Numbered from the stretch's first letter, positions 28,176 through 39,345 are shown. The stretch is DNA of 64,000 nt from Ignavibacteria bacterium (GCA_041694835.1 JBGFRZ010000082.1:1-64000), one strand, 5' to 3'. Notes: generated from the sequence alone by a model not told the origin. Translations and numbers: made by a program.

Positions 28176-31100
28176 ATTGTAGCAAATTCCAGTATTTTTT
28201 CCAACATCTCCTTTAAAAAAATAATTTTATCCTTACCATGCGGAGGCGATTTAACATTAATTCTTCTTTCCGTCATAAAGTGAATATCTTTTCCTATCTC
28301 GCTTATCATTTTCTTTAATCCGGATTCGCCAAATGCTATGCCTTTACAAAACCTTATCTCGAAACCATCGGCTGTTTCCTTTACTTCTGATATGCCTTTT
28401 TGTCTCAAATAAACTTTAAATTTTGCGATTGAAACTACTTTGGATACGCTTTCAGGGAGTTTTCCAAACCTGTCTTTTAATTCACTGACGATAAAATCCA
28501 CTTCTCCGTCGGTTTTTGAGGAAACAAACCTTCTGTAAAAAGATATTCTTATGTTGTCTTGATTGATATACTCTTTAGGAATTATGGCGGGATATGAAAT
28601 ATCGATTGACGGTTCGACGAATTCTTCGCCATTCGACTTTTCCGAAGATTTTAAATTTTTTACGGCGTCAGAGAGCATCTTTGTGTATAAATCAAACCCT
28701 ACGGCTGACAAAAAACCGTGCTGACGATACCCAAAAAGCGACCCCGCCCCGCGAATCTCAAGATCCCGACGGGCAAGATTGTATCCGCTCCCGAGTACGG
28801 AAAACTCCCGAAGGGCTTCAAGTCGCTCAACGGCGGATTCGGTCAGATCTTTTGAATCGTAAAAAAGATAACAATACGCCTTTTGATTTTTGCGTCCCAC
28901 TCGCCCCCTTAATTGGTAAAGTTGAGCCAGGCCAAAGTTTTCCGCACCATCAATTATTATGGTGTTCACCTGAGGAATGTCGATTCCTGACTCCACTATC
29001 GTCGTCGCTATAAGACAATCCAATTTGCCGCCATAAAAATCTACGAGCACTTTTTCTATCTCTTTTGAATGCATCTTCCCGTGCACAATACCGCATTTGA
29101 GAGCGCCTAGCAAATCGGCCAGATGTTTTAATTTTTTATCTAAAAACTCTATCTTGTTGTAGATATAGAAAACCTGTCCCCCTCTTGAAATTTCGTTATA
29201 AATTGCGGTTTTAATACGCTCCTTTGAAAATGGCTCTATCGATGTCTCTATGGGTTTTCTACCTATGGGGGGCGTCTCTATTAGCGAAACATCTTTTATG
29301 CCGTTCAATGCCGCGCCGAGCGTTCGAGGGATAGGTGTGGCACTCATATAAAGCGTGTGGATATTTTTTTTTATATGTCTTATTTTTTCTTTCTGTCTGA
29401 CGCCAAATCGGTGTTCTTCGTCGATGATTAGAAGCCCCAAATTTTTAAATGAAATATCTTTGGATAAAATCCTGTGCGTCGCTATGGTTATGTCAACCGT
29501 TCCCTTTTTTATTCCATCAATAATTTTTTTTTGTTCGGATTTTTTTTGGAATCTGTGGAGCGGCTCTATATTTATCGGAAAGAGCGCCAGACGCTCTTTG
29601 AATCTATTGTAATGTTGCATAGCGAGTATCGTGGTAGGGACAATGATTGCAACTTGAAGTGAGTTGCATACCGATTTGAACGCAGCGCGAAGGGCGACCT
29701 CTGTTTTTCCAAATCCAACATCGCCTAATATCAACCTGTCGGCAGGTCGAGACATTTTAAGATCTTTCATTACATCGTCAATGGCGGATTTTTGGTCCGC
29801 CGTTTCTTCGTAAGGAAACGACTCGGCCAATTCTTTCTCCCATATGGTGTCTTCAGACATTTGCTGTGATGATATGGTTTCTCTGAGGGCGTAGAGTTTT
29901 AACAACTCCTTCGCAAAATTTTCAGCCGAACGGTTAGCGCGAAGCTTGGCACTATTCCACAAATGAGGCGCATCAAGGTCGGCAAGTTTTGGTTTGAGAC
30001 CTTCAACACCCTGATATTTTTTAATCCTGCTAAATTCTGTTATCGCGACAAACAATCTGTCGCCGTGTTTGTACTCAAGCTCAACAAACTCTTGTAGAGG
30101 GAATTCCTGAAGCGAGATGCCGATATATTTCCCTACACCGTAGTTTTCATGGACAACGTAATCTCCCGATGAAATCTCCCAAAGCCCCTCGGTTCTCCTG
30201 GAAGGCTTCTTGTATTCTTTGTCGCGAAAGATATGAGTGTTGAGAAAAAACTGAGAAGTTGAAAGTGTGAAAATTTTTTCTTTGTGGTTGACAAAACCCT
30301 CTGAAAGAGGCCCCTTGATAATTTTAAATCCCAAATCCACTCCAAATAGTTCGATAAATCTTTTTGATTCACCCTGTGTTGTGTAAAATAAAACTTTCTT
30401 GTAGCCCTCTAATTTTTTCAAATCCTCAAGGAGAAGTTTGGACTTGCCACCGTAGAAACTATTTTTCTGATAACCAAGCTCGAGAGATTCATCTGATACT
30501 GATAGCGGTGTGTTCTGATAGATTGTGCTGAAAAGATGTCCGTATTTTTCTACGAATGCGTACGAATGTTCGGAGGTATCCAAAAAAGCGACGGAATCAG
30601 GGGGGAGCCAGTTGACTATGCTTTCGGAGTTAATCTCATTTGCCGGCAAAACTTCAAACTGCTCTTTTTCTTCAATCGATATCTGTTCGTCCGGCGAAAA
30701 GGTCTTTATCTCTTCAACTAAATTTCCGTTTAAAACCAATCTCATCGGTTTTTCCGAAAGCACGGGCCAGATATCGACTATTTCGCCTCTGACTGCAAAA
30801 CTTCCCATATCTTCCACGAATTCCTCCCTTTTATATCCTGCCTCGGAAAAAAGTCCCGCAATTTCCGAATATACATTCCCGCATTTTATCCTTAACCTTT
30901 TTTTTGCAAACTCTTCTTTCGTATATGTTTTCGACGACACTGCTTCGAAGGTTGAAAGAAACACAGTTATTTTCTTAAAACTGTCGGCGATATTTTTTAG
31001 CGTTTTTATCCTTTCATACACATCTGACAAAGGAAAAACAAAAACGCCTGTCTCAAGGGCAATGGAGTCGGCATATGCTATTATATTGTCCGCCATAACA

Positions 31101-31219
31101 TCGACTCTTTTTTCGTCGGACAAGACAAAAAATATTTTTGTTTTATAAAATGGAATTAATTTCACTATGAAGTGCTCAAAACCACTTCCTCCCAGACCGC
31201 AAACTTTTTTTATTTTCAT
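28154..31219 (-). CDS. mfd: Transcription-repair coupling factor Mfd
   Basis: UvrB-like FAVRGEIVDIWP, RID GDYVVHENYGVG, GDVGFGKT, DEEHRFG, QLRGRVGR and TRCF domain. Confidence 0.95.
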   Translation of the reverse strand: MKIKKVCGLGGSGFEHFIVKLIPFYKTKIFFVLSDEKRVDVMADNIIAYADSIALETGVFVFPLSDVYERIKTLKNIADSFKKITVFLSTFEAVSSKTYTKEEFAKKRLRIKCGNVYSEIAGLFSEAGYKREEFVEDMGSFAVRGEIVDIWPVLSEKPMRLVLNGNLVEEIKTFSPDEQISIEEKEQFEVLPANEINSESIVNWLPPDSVAFLDTSEHSYAFVEKYGHLFSTIYQNTPLSVSDESLELGYQKNSFYGGKSKLLLEDLKKLEGYKKVLFYTTQGESKRFIELFGVDLGFKIIKGPLSEGFVNHKEKIFTLSTSQFFLNTHIFRDKEYKKPSRRTEGLWEISSGDYVVHENYGVGKYIGISLQEFPLQEFVELEYKHGDRLFVAITEFSRIKKYQGVEGLKPKLADLDAPHLWNSAKLRANRSAENFAKELLKLYALRETISSQQMSEDTIWEKELAESFPYEETADQKSAIDDVMKDLKMSRPADRLILGDVGFGKTEVALRAAFKSVCNSLQVAIIVPTTILAMQHYNRFKERLALFPINIEPLHRFQKKSEQKKIIDGIKKGTVDITIATHRILSKDISFKNLGLLIIDEEHRFGVRQKEKIRHIKKNIHTLYMSATPIPRTLGAALNGIKDVSLIETPPIGRKPIETSIEPFSKERIKTAIYNEISRGGQVFYIYNKIEFLDKKLKHLADLLGALKCGIVHGKMHSKEIEKVLVDFYGGKLDCLIATTIVESGIDIPQVNTIIIDGAENFGLAQLYQLRGRVGRKNQKAYCYLFYDSKDLTESAVERLEALREFSVLGSGYNLARRDLEIRGAGSLFGYRQHGFLSAVGFDLYTKMLSDAVKNLKSSEKSNGEEFVEPSIDISYPAIIPKEYINQDNIRISFYRRFVSSKTDGEVDFIVSELKDRFGKLPESVSKVVSIAKFKVYLRQKGISEVKETADGFEIRFCKGIAFGESGLKKMISEIGKDIHFMTERRINVKSPPHGKDKIIFLKEMLEKILEFATMKLLKNP

Positions 31220-31244
31220 AATTTGATTCTTCGGGACCGCCCTT

Positions 31245-31274
31245 TTGAATTTATCGCTGCAAATATGATATAAT
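31245..31274 (+). promoter_or_regulatory. Putative sigma70 promoter of plus-strand operon
   Basis: TTGAAT-18 bp-TATAAT with extended TG. Confidence 0.6.
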
Positions 31275-31315
31275 ATTTCGGACTAAAACAACAAAGATAT
31301 TTTTGCTTCGAAATT

Positions 31316-32572
31316 ATGGAAAGCGTAAGCATAATATTGCTTCTATTCTCCTCGATGTTGCTGCTCATTTATTTGTTTTACTACAAATCCGAAAAAAAGA
31401 AAGGCGGGGAAGTTAAACTTCTATACGAATCCCAGATAAAAAAACTTCAGAAACAAATCAACCAACACAGGACAACGCTTGATAATCTCCTCGCTCTCCT
31501 TATGGAAATCCACGAATTCGGCGACGTTGCGTCGGGAAGCGCATCGAAAAGCGAGCTTGCGAACATCATAATAAACGCGGCGTGCAAACTCATGCGATCC
31601 GGCAACGGCTCCCTTATGCTTATTGATCCTCAGACAAATGAACTCTCGATAGCGGCGAGCGTTGGATTGCCCGAAGAAGTTGTATTGACGACAAAAATGA
31701 AGCCCGGGGAGGGCATAGCCGGAAGAGTCGCAAAGACGGGAAAACCAATTTTCGTTGAAAATATTGAGATGGATATAAGATTTCTGAAGGTGAGCGGCGT
31801 ACATTATCCGACAAAATCTTTTTTGTCGGTGCCTCTCAAGATAAAAGAAAGAATAATAGGCGTTCTTAACGTTTCCCCCGGCGAAAAAGAAAAGAGTTTT
31901 GAAGAGAGCGATATGTATCTTGTCACTATACTGGCCGATGTTGCAGCAATGACTTTGGAAAATGTCGCTCTTTATTCAAATCTGCAGATGTTCTATATGG
32001 ACATGGTTCAGACTATAGCGAGGATGATAGACGCTAAGGACTCCTACACGCACGAACACGCCGACAGAGCGCGAAAATACGCCAACCTTATAGCAAGAAA
32101 ATTAAACCTCCCCGCGGAGATGGTGAAGCATGTAGAATATGCGGCGCTGATGCACGATATAGGAAAGATCGGGATTGAAGAAAGTATATTGAGAAAGCCG
32201 GGAAAGCTTACAATCGAGGAGATATCAATCATAAGGAAACATCCGTCCATAGGCAATAAAATCATATCTCCGGTCACATTTTTGAACCCTGTCGCGCCGA
32301 TGATTCTTTATCATCAGGAGTGGTATAACGGACAGGGATATCCCGAGGGCTTGAAAAAAGAAGAAATTCCTTTGGGGGCGAGAATCGTGGCTGTTATCGA
32401 CGCTTACGACGCGATGTGTTCAGAGAGGCCGTACAGAAAAGCGATGTCAAAGGATTATGCCATAAATGAGTTGAAAAGAGGAGCGGGGATACAATTCGAT
32501 CCAAAGGTTGTCGATAAATTCATCGAAATTCTTCACGAAGAAGATATGTCAGAAGTTTATTCTCCAAAATGA
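31316..32572 (+). CDS. Membrane-anchored GAF + HD-GYP cyclic dinucleotide phosphodiesterase
   Basis: N-terminal TM; GAF (GEGIAGRVA, SVPL); HDIGKIG, HQEWYNGQGYP, GIQFDP. Confidence 0.9.
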   Translation: MESVSIILLLFSSMLLLIYLFYYKSEKKKGGEVKLLYESQIKKLQKQINQHRTTLDNLLALLMEIHEFGDVASGSASKSELANIIINAACKLMRSGNGSLMLIDPQTNELSIAASVGLPEEVVLTTKMKPGEGIAGRVAKTGKPIFVENIEMDIRFLKVSGVHYPTKSFLSVPLKIKERIIGVLNVSPGEKEKSFEESDMYLVTILADVAAMTLENVALYSNLQMFYMDMVQTIARMIDAKDSYTHEHADRARKYANLIARKLNLPAEMVKHVEYAALMHDIGKIGIEESILRKPGKLTIEEISIIRKHPSIGNKIISPVTFLNPVAPMILYHQEWYNGQGYPEGLKKEEIPLGARIVAVIDAYDAMCSERPYRKAMSKDYAINELKRGAGIQFDPKVVDKFIEILHEEDMSEVYSPK

Positions 32573-33270
32573 CCGGCGCTCTTTTTGTCGTTTCAACGCC
32601 TATAGGTAATATAAAGGACATAACCCTAAGGGCGCTCGAAACTTTGAAAGAAGCGGATTTCATAGTCTGTGAGGATACAAGAGAAACCAAAAAACTTCTG
32701 TCTCATTACTCCATACACGAAAAAAACGCTCTGATAAGTTTTTTTACTTACAATCAACAAAGAAGAATACCGGAGATAATCGGCAAGTTGAAAAGCGGCT
32801 GTAAAATCGCCCTTGTTTCGGAAAGAGGCACACCGGGAATATCTGACCCGGGTTTTTTTTTGATAGATGCCGTCATAAAAGAAAATTTAAAAGTCGTGAC
32901 GGTTCCTGGAACAGTCGCTTTCGCTGCGGCGATTGTCGCATCCGGACTTCCGACCGACGATTTTGTATTCCTGGGCTTCTTGAGGAAAAAGCCGGGGAAG
33001 CTAAAAAGACAAATATCGGAAGCTGCGGTTTTGAACAAAACCATAATTTTCTACGAGTCTCCGAAAAGACTCAAAAAAACGTTGGCGATTGTTAAAGAGA
33101 TTATGCCTGCAAGCGCAAAAATCTGTATCGCAAGAGAATTAACGAAGACCTTTGAGGAATTTATAAGGGGGAGGCTGGACGAAATTGAAAAAGACATCAG
33201 ACAAAAAGATATCAGGGGCGAACTCGTAGTTTTGATACACGCTAATTCAAGAGAGAAACATCATGATTAA
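32569..33270 (+). CDS. rsmI: 16S rRNA (C1402) 2'-O-methyltransferase
   Basis: TPIGNIKDITLRA, CEDTR, GTPGISDPG, YESPKR, ARELTK. Confidence 0.95.
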   Translation: MTGALFVVSTPIGNIKDITLRALETLKEADFIVCEDTRETKKLLSHYSIHEKNALISFFTYNQQRRIPEIIGKLKSGCKIALVSERGTPGISDPGFFLIDAVIKENLKVVTVPGTVAFAAAIVASGLPTDDFVFLGFLRKKPGKLKRQISEAAVLNKTIIFYESPKRLKKTLAIVKEIMPASAKICIARELTKTFEEFIRGRLDEIEKDIRQKDIRGELVVLIHANSREKHHD

Positions 33271-34300
33271 AGCCGGTGTTGTCGGAATATTAGGATATGT
33301 CGGTGAGGAACTAATAAAAATATTGGCTCGCCATCCAAATATAAAAATGGCGAAACTCTGCGATAAAGGAGCGGGGCTGCCAAAACCGATGAGAGAAATA
33401 TATCCCGACATTTTTCAGATTTCTAAATTGCCATGCGAAAATCTTGTTTTAGACGAGGTCGCCGCATCCTGCGATATTGTTTTTCTTGCATTGCCGCATG
33501 TTGAATCGGCAAAAATCGCTGCGGAATTCTTGAAAAAAGGGAAAAAAGTTATAGATTTAAGTGCCGATTTCCGTCTGAAAGATGCTAACATATATGAAAA
33601 TTGGTATAATGCCGCACATCCTCACCCTTCTCTTTTGAAAGATGCTGTCTATGGAATCCCTGAACTTTACAAAGACGAAATTGAAAACGCCTCTCTTATA
33701 GCAAACCCTGGTTGTTATCCTACGACGATAATTTTGGCTTTGGCGCCGCTTTTGATGGCTAAAACCATCTCCGTGGACATGTCGTCAATAGTAGTAAGTT
33801 CAAACAGCGGCGTTTCTGGTGGTGGCAGAAACTTCGCGAAACTCTACTTTGAAAAAGAGCATCCAAACCACAAACCCTACAACATCGGGGGCACACATAG
33901 GCATATCCCCGAGATAGAACAGGAACTCGCTCGTATCGCAAAACCGACACAACCGCTCACCATAACATTTTCTCCGCATATAATCCCCGTGGAAAGAGGA
34001 ATGCTATCCGACATTTACATAAACCTGACGGAAAAAATAGAAGCGGACGGATTGCGTGAAATTTACGACGACTTCTATAAAAACAAACCATTCGTAAAGG
34101 TTCTACCCGATAAAAAACTGCCCGAAATAAAAAATGTCGTCAACACAAACTTCTGTGAAATAAGCGTGAATGTTGACAAAAGGACAGATCGCATAGTGCT
34201 AATGTCTGCCATCGATAACCTCATAAAAGGCGCCGCCGGACAGGCGGTACAAAATATGAATATAATGTTCGGTTTTGACGAATCTGATGGAATACTGTAA
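33263..34300 (+). CDS. argC: N-acetyl-gamma-glutamyl-phosphate reductase
   Basis: FLALPH, DLSADFR, ANPGCYPT, HRHIPEI, DNLIKGAAGQAVQN. Confidence 0.97.
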   Translation: MIKAGVVGILGYVGEELIKILARHPNIKMAKLCDKGAGLPKPMREIYPDIFQISKLPCENLVLDEVAASCDIVFLALPHVESAKIAAEFLKKGKKVIDLSADFRLKDANIYENWYNAAHPHPSLLKDAVYGIPELYKDEIENASLIANPGCYPTTIILALAPLLMAKTISVDMSSIVVSSNSGVSGGGRNFAKLYFEKEHPNHKPYNIGGTHRHIPEIEQELARIAKPTQPLTITFSPHIIPVERGMLSDIYINLTEKIEADGLREIYDDFYKNKPFVKVLPDKKLPEIKNVVNTNFCEISVNVDKRTDRIVLMSAIDNLIKGAAGQAVQNMNIMFGFDESDGIL

Positions 34301-34328
34301 GAAAATTTAAAAATAAAATTAAAATATC

Positions 34329-35174
34329 ATGAACTCAAAAGAAGCATATCTTGACTTCATTAAACGGTTTACTCATTTAGTTAGTAAAAATCCACATCTT
34401 ATCAAAATAACTCTCGGTAATATTTTTACAATGCGATTGATAGGAAACAAAACACATGGAGATATGGCTGAAATTGGTATTTGCGAATTTATTAATCAAT
34501 ATATGTATGATTTTAAGTCAATCCATGTTGGGAAAGACTTATTTCGTGCTAAAGAACACGAAGAAGATATCAAAATTGTAAATGAAATCCAGAATGTAAA
34601 TTTTACAATAAGTCTTAAAGCATATGGCGATGGACCACTTCAACTTTCAACTGATAAGAATTTTCAGATGTTCCCAAAATTACAGAAGTGTGTAAAGACA
34701 ATAACATTGCCAGCCAAACTTGATGCAGTTTTTAATGACCCATCTTTTAGTGAGTTTGGGAATATTAATGTCTTACCACTCATATATGACGAGCGAAGGA
34801 AAAAATGCAATATCATGGTGTTTGATTTTGAGAAAGCAAGAAAAAACACATATAAAATAGAGTTAGAAAAACTTGGAAAAGGCAGAAAACATCCTGTTTA
34901 CAAATTTTATGATAAAGACAGTGATTATATTTGCGAGGTTCGGTATGGAGATGCTGCTGCAAATGCGCTGCAAAGGGGATTGTGGACAAACACTAAAAAT
35001 GCGATTAATTATTTTAACAGCATAACAGGTGGCTGGATAGATTACTCGGATAACAAGTTGCTTGTTCTTCTTTTTTCACATGCTTTTGTTTCAACGATTG
35101 ACGGTCATAAAAAAGCACTCGAGGTTTTAAAAGCAGATATTCAAACTCAAAAAGAAAAATCAAATCTGAAATAA
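34329..35174 (+). CDS. Hypothetical protein, putative type II restriction endonuclease
   Basis: AT-rich, 1 bp upstream of a DNA MTase; PD-(D/E)xK-like pattern GDMAE...EEDI...ISLKAY; no named family recognised. Confidence 0.6.
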   Translation: MNSKEAYLDFIKRFTHLVSKNPHLIKITLGNIFTMRLIGNKTHGDMAEIGICEFINQYMYDFKSIHVGKDLFRAKEHEEDIKIVNEIQNVNFTISLKAYGDGPLQLSTDKNFQMFPKLQKCVKTITLPAKLDAVFNDPSFSEFGNINVLPLIYDERRKKCNIMVFDFEKARKNTYKIELEKLGKGRKHPVYKFYDKDSDYICEVRYGDAAANALQRGLWTNTKNAINYFNSITGGWIDYSDNKLLVLLFSHAFVSTIDGHKKALEVLKADIQTQKEKSNLK

Positions 35175-35175
35175 A

Positions 35176-36309
35176 ATGAACCAAACATTATTCCCAGACA
35201 TTGTAGTAGATTATCCTTACACTGAAGGGATTAAATATACCGGGTCCAAACTCAAACTCTTACCATACATTATTCAACTGGCACAAAAGGTTCAGCCCAA
35301 AATTATATTTGATGGATTCTCAGGCACTACAAGAGTAGCCCAAGCATTTGCCCGATTGGGTTATCAGGTGATAACAAATGATGTTGCTGTTTGGTCAAAA
35401 GTATTTGCTAATTGTTATTTGAAAGCGAAAAAAGATAATAATTATTATCAAAAAATAATTGACCACTTGAATTCTCTGCGTGACAAAGACGGTTGGTTTA
35501 GCGAAAATTATGGTGGAGAGCCAAACAACGGAAAATCCGTTCAGAAAGACGGGGGCAAAAAGTTGTGGCAAGTTCATAACACTCGCAAACTTGATGCCAT
35601 ACGAGAGGAAATTGATAATTTGGACTTAAATGAAATAGATAAATCAGTGTTGCTAACCAGTTTAATTTTAGCGCTTGATAAAGTTGATAATACTATCGGA
35701 CACTACGCTGCTTATTTAACTGAATGGGCACCGCGTTCCTATAATACAATGAAAATGCAATTACCAGGCATTATTCGTTCGCAACAAAGTCACATTATTT
35801 ATAATGAGGACATATTTAATATTTTAGATAAAGTAAATGCTGACTTGGCTTATTACGACCCACCATATGGGTCAAACAACGATAAAATGCCACCCTCACG
35901 AGTAAGATACGCTGCATATTATCATATCTGGACTACAATTTGTCTGAATGATAAGCCAAAATTATTTGGAAGGGCAAGAAGACGAATTGATTCTTCCGAT
36001 AATTTTGCCAGTTCAGTTTTTGAGGAATTCAGAAAAGGAACTTCAGGAAAATTTGTTGTTGTGGAGGCGATAGAAAAGTTAATTAAACTCTCAAAAACAA
36101 AATACATAATACTTTCTTATAGTTCAGGCGGAAGGGCAACTGCAGAGGAGTTGAAAGAAGTTTTAAGCAGTTCCGGCAATATATTAGAGATTATTTCTGT
36201 CAACTACAAAAAAAATGTAATGGCCGGCATGAGATGGACTAATGATTGGATACGAGATACCGAATCGCCAAATAAAGAGTACCTATTTTTATTAGAAAAA
36301 ACTATATAA
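35176..36309 (+). CDS. N6-adenine DNA methyltransferase, alpha/D12 class
   Basis: KYTGSK, motif I FDGFSGT and ND before motif IV YYDPPY; ILSYS; EYLF. Confidence 0.9.
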   Translation: MNQTLFPDIVVDYPYTEGIKYTGSKLKLLPYIIQLAQKVQPKIIFDGFSGTTRVAQAFARLGYQVITNDVAVWSKVFANCYLKAKKDNNYYQKIIDHLNSLRDKDGWFSENYGGEPNNGKSVQKDGGKKLWQVHNTRKLDAIREEIDNLDLNEIDKSVLLTSLILALDKVDNTIGHYAAYLTEWAPRSYNTMKMQLPGIIRSQQSHIIYNEDIFNILDKVNADLAYYDPPYGSNNDKMPPSRVRYAAYYHIWTTICLNDKPKLFGRARRRIDSSDNFASSVFEEFRKGTSGKFVVVEAIEKLIKLSKTKYIILSYSSGGRATAEELKEVLSSSGNILEIISVNYKKNVMAGMRWTNDWIRDTESPNKEYLFLLEKTI

Positions 36310-36434
36310 ATCTATTGATTTGATTCGCTCCAAAAAGTTCTTATTCATATTAAATTCAAAAAAGTTTTAGCATTAAAGTTATACAATCAAGAAACAAAAA
36401 AATTGATTGCCTCTATCAGGCAATCTATCACAAA

Positions 36435-37658
36435 ATGAGTAAAACAAATCAATTGCCAATAGGGTTTAACGCTGCGGGAGTATTTTGCGGATTGAAAAAG
36501 AACGGCAAGAACGACCTTGCATTTTTCTATTCCGAAAAACCTTGCGACGCCGTGGGAGTTTTTACCAAAAACCTGGTCAAGGCGGCACCAATTATCGTCT
36601 CACAAAAAAACATAAAAAACAAAATCTCGGCAATTATCGCAAACTCAGGATGTGCAAACGCCTGCACTGGCCAAAAAGGAATCAGGGACGCTCAAAAAAT
36701 GTGTAAACTGACAGCGAAAAATTTAGGCGTAAAATCAAAAAACATTTTAGTCGCTTCAACCGGCGTCATAGGTCAATATCTGCCGATGGACAAAATAGAA
36801 TATGGAATAAAAAAACTTAATCACTTAATCGCTCAATCACTTAATCACTGTCATCTATCTGCGGTTGAAGGAATTATGACCACCGACACCTTCCCGAAAA
36901 TCGTTCATAAAAAATTCCACCTTCCTTCTCTATCCTCTATTCCCTATCCCCTATCCCCTGTCTCTATCTGGGGTTGTTGCAAAGGCGCCGGGATGATTCA
37001 TCCTGATCTGGCCACTATGCTTTGCTTCATTTTTACCGATGCGGCGATATCGCAAAAACTTCTTAAAGAAGCGCTGTCAGAAGCAGTCGAAAAAAGTTTT
37101 AACAGGATATCTATCGACGGTGACACATCCACGAATGATTGTGTTTTTATACTCGCAAACAGCGAAGCGAAAAACAAAAAAATAGTTAAAAAAGACAAAG
37201 GTTATTTTATTTTTAAGAACAACCTTGAAAAAATAACGATTGAACTCGCAAAAATGGTCGTTAAGGACGGTGAAGGAGCGACAAAGCTCGTAAAAATATC
37301 GGTCAAAAACGCCTTTTCCGAAAATATCGCAAGAAAGATAGCCTCGACGGTCGCCACATCGCCCCTCGTAAAGACCGCCATTTTTGGAAGTGATGCAAAC
37401 TGGGGAAGGATTATAGCGGCGGTTGGAAGAAGCGGGGTAAAAATTGAACCCGACAAAATAGATATTTTTTTTGATAATTTGGCAGTCGCTAAAAGTGGTA
37501 TGGCGATGAACTTTTCAGAAAAAATGGCGAAAAAAGTTCTTGATAAAAAAGAATTTACGATAACAGTCGATTTAAAATCCGGCAAAAGCGATTATTATTA
37601 CTACACATCAGATCTAACAACGGATTATGTTAAGATAAACGCATCATACAGGAGCTGA
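36435..37658 (+). CDS. argJ: Ornithine acetyltransferase ArgJ
   Basis: NSGCANACTG, STGVIG, IMTTDT, KGAGMIHP, DGDTSTND, DGEGATK. Confidence 0.96.
   Translation: MSKTNQLPIGFNAAGVFCGLKKNGKNDLAFFYSEKPCDAVGVFTKNLVKAAPIIVSQKNIKNKISAIIANSGCANACTGQKGIRDAQKMCKLTAKNLGVKSKNILVASTGVIGQYLPMDKIEYGIKKLNHLIAQSLNHCHLSAVEGIMTTDTFPKIVHKKFHLPSLSSIPYPLSPVSIWGCCKGAGMIHPDLATMLCFIFTDAAISQKLLKEALSEAVEKSFNRISIDGDTSTNDCVFILANSEAKNKKIVKKDKGYFIFKNNLEKITIELAKMVVKDGEGATKLVKISVKNAFSENIARKIASTVATSPLVKTAIFGSDANWGRIIAAVGRSGVKIEPDKIDIFFDNLAVAKSGMAMNFSEKMAKKVLDKKEFTITVDLKSGKSDYYYYTSDLTTDYVKINASYRS
36815..36846 (+). repeat. In-frame 8-mer tandem repeat in argJ
   Basis: ACTTAATC ACTTAATC GCTCAATC ACTTAATC (LNHLIAQSLNH). Confidence 0.85.
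36930..36964 (+). repeat. In-frame 7-mer tandem repeat in argJ
   Basis: CTATCCT CTATTCC CTATCCC CTATCCC CTGTCTC (LSSIPYPLSPVS). Confidence 0.85.
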
Positions 37659-37664
37659 CGCTCG

Positions 37665-38120
37665 GTGAAAAAAATCGTCTTTGTCTGCACAGGAAACACA
37701 TGTAGATCGGTTCTTGCCGAGTACATGTTCAGAAAGATGCTTGATGAGGACAACGGGATGAGAAATTCTTTTGAAATTTTGTCCTGCGGAACAGATGCTT
37801 CGCCTTTTTATAAAATACCGGAGTTCGTGACAAAAATGCTAAAAAAAGAAGGGATTGAAGAGGTGCTACACAACTCCACACAAATTGACGCACAAATTTT
37901 CAAAAACGCGGAAATGTTCTTTGTGATGGAAAATCATCATAAAATGTTTATAGAACAAAATTTCGAAAAAACCGGAAAAGTTTTTCTGCTTGGAGAAAGC
38001 GAAGAAATCCCTGACCCCATAGGCATGTCTGAGGAATTTTATTTTGAAACATTTCAAAACATAAAAAAATATCTGACAACCTTAAAGGAAAAACTAAAAA
38101 ATGACTATCAAAAAAAATGA
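37665..38120 (+). CDS. Low molecular weight protein tyrosine/arginine phosphatase
   Basis: [10 protein letters not shown]-loop, IPDPIG. Confidence 0.9.
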   Translation: MKKIVFVCTGNTCRSVLAEYMFRKMLDEDNGMRNSFEILSCGTDASPFYKIPEFVTKMLKKEGIEEVLHNSTQIDAQIFKNAEMFFVMENHHKMFIEQNFEKTGKVFLLGESEEIPDPIGMSEEFYFETFQNIKKYLTTLKEKLKNDYQKK

Positions 38121-39345
38121 CCCCGAAGTATTTTTGTTAATAAAAAACGAGGTGGAAAGACAAAGGAACACCATTGAACTGATTGCATCTGAGAATTTTA
38201 CTTCATCCGATGTCATGGATGCCCAGGGTTCTGTTCTCACAAATAAATATGCTGAGGGTTACCCCGGGAAAAGATACTACGGCGGCTGCGAGTTTGTCGA
38301 CGGTGTAGAAAATCTTGCAAGGGAGCGAGTCAAAAAACTCTTTGGCGCCGAACACGCCAATGTCCAACCTCACTCGGGAACACAGGCAAATATGGTGATT
38401 TATTTCGCGGTTTTAAATCCGGGGGACACTATAATGGGAATGCACCTTTCCCACGGAGGACATCTCTCCCACGGGCACCCCGCGAGTTTCTCTGGCAAAT
38501 ACTTCAACATCACACCGATAAATCTGAGAAAAAAGGACTCCCTCATAGATTACTCCGAGATAAAACGTCTTGCTAAAAAACATATGCCAAAGCTTATAGT
38601 CGGCGGTTCTTCCTCGTATTCAAGGATAATCGACTGGAAAAAAATTTCAGAGATAGCAAAAAGCATAAACGCCTATTTTATGGCTGATGTGGCTCACTAC
38701 GCGGGGATGATTGCAGCCGGAATTTATCCTTCGCCCGTTCCTTACGCCGATTTTATCACATTCACCACACACAAAACGATGCGCGGCCCCCGTGGTGGCG
38801 TAATACTTTGCAAAAATGAATTCGCAACCGCGATAGACAGAACGATATTCCCCGGAACTCAAGGTGGACCGCTTATGCACGTTATAGCGGCGAAAGCGGT
38901 GGCTTTCAGGGAGGCGGCGACAGAAAAATTCAGGAAGTACCAGAATCAAGTTCTGAAAAACTCGAGAAACCTCGCCGAGGTTCTGATGAATGAAGGGATA
39001 AAGGTCGTAAGTGGAGGTACGGATTGCCATATGTTTCTGGTTGATGTGACGCCACTCGGGCTTACCGGAATAGTAGCCGAAAAACTTCTTGAAGAAGTTG
39101 GCATAACCGTAAACAAAAACTCAATTCCATATGACTCTCAAAAACCGGCGATAGGCTCGGGGATAAGAATAGGAACGCCGGCCGTCACAACGAGAGGTAT
39201 GGAAGAAAAGGAGATGGAAAAGATCGCCCTGATGCTCTCGTCGATACTTAAACATCCGAAAAACATAAAAATAAAGAATAAAGTCGTGCGAGATGTAAAA
39301 AATCTCTGCAAAAAATTTTCCCTATACAAAAATTTGAAAATATAA
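38101..39345 (+). CDS. glyA: Serine hydroxymethyltransferase
   Basis: [31 protein letters not shown]. Confidence 0.98.
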   Translation: MTIKKNDPEVFLLIKNEVERQRNTIELIASENFTSSDVMDAQGSVLTNKYAEGYPGKRYYGGCEFVDGVENLARERVKKLFGAEHANVQPHSGTQANMVIYFAVLNPGDTIMGMHLSHGGHLSHGHPASFSGKYFNITPINLRKKDSLIDYSEIKRLAKKHMPKLIVGGSSSYSRIIDWKKISEIAKSINAYFMADVAHYAGMIAAGIYPSPVPYADFITFTTHKTMRGPRGGVILCKNEFATAIDRTIFPGTQGGPLMHVIAAKAVAFREAATEKFRKYQNQVLKNSRNLAEVLMNEGIKVVSGGTDCHMFLVDVTPLGLTGIVAEKLLEEVGITVNKNSIPYDSQKPAIGSGIRIGTPAVTTRGMEEKEMEKIALMLSSILKHPKNIKIKNKVVRDVKNLCKKFSLYKNLKI

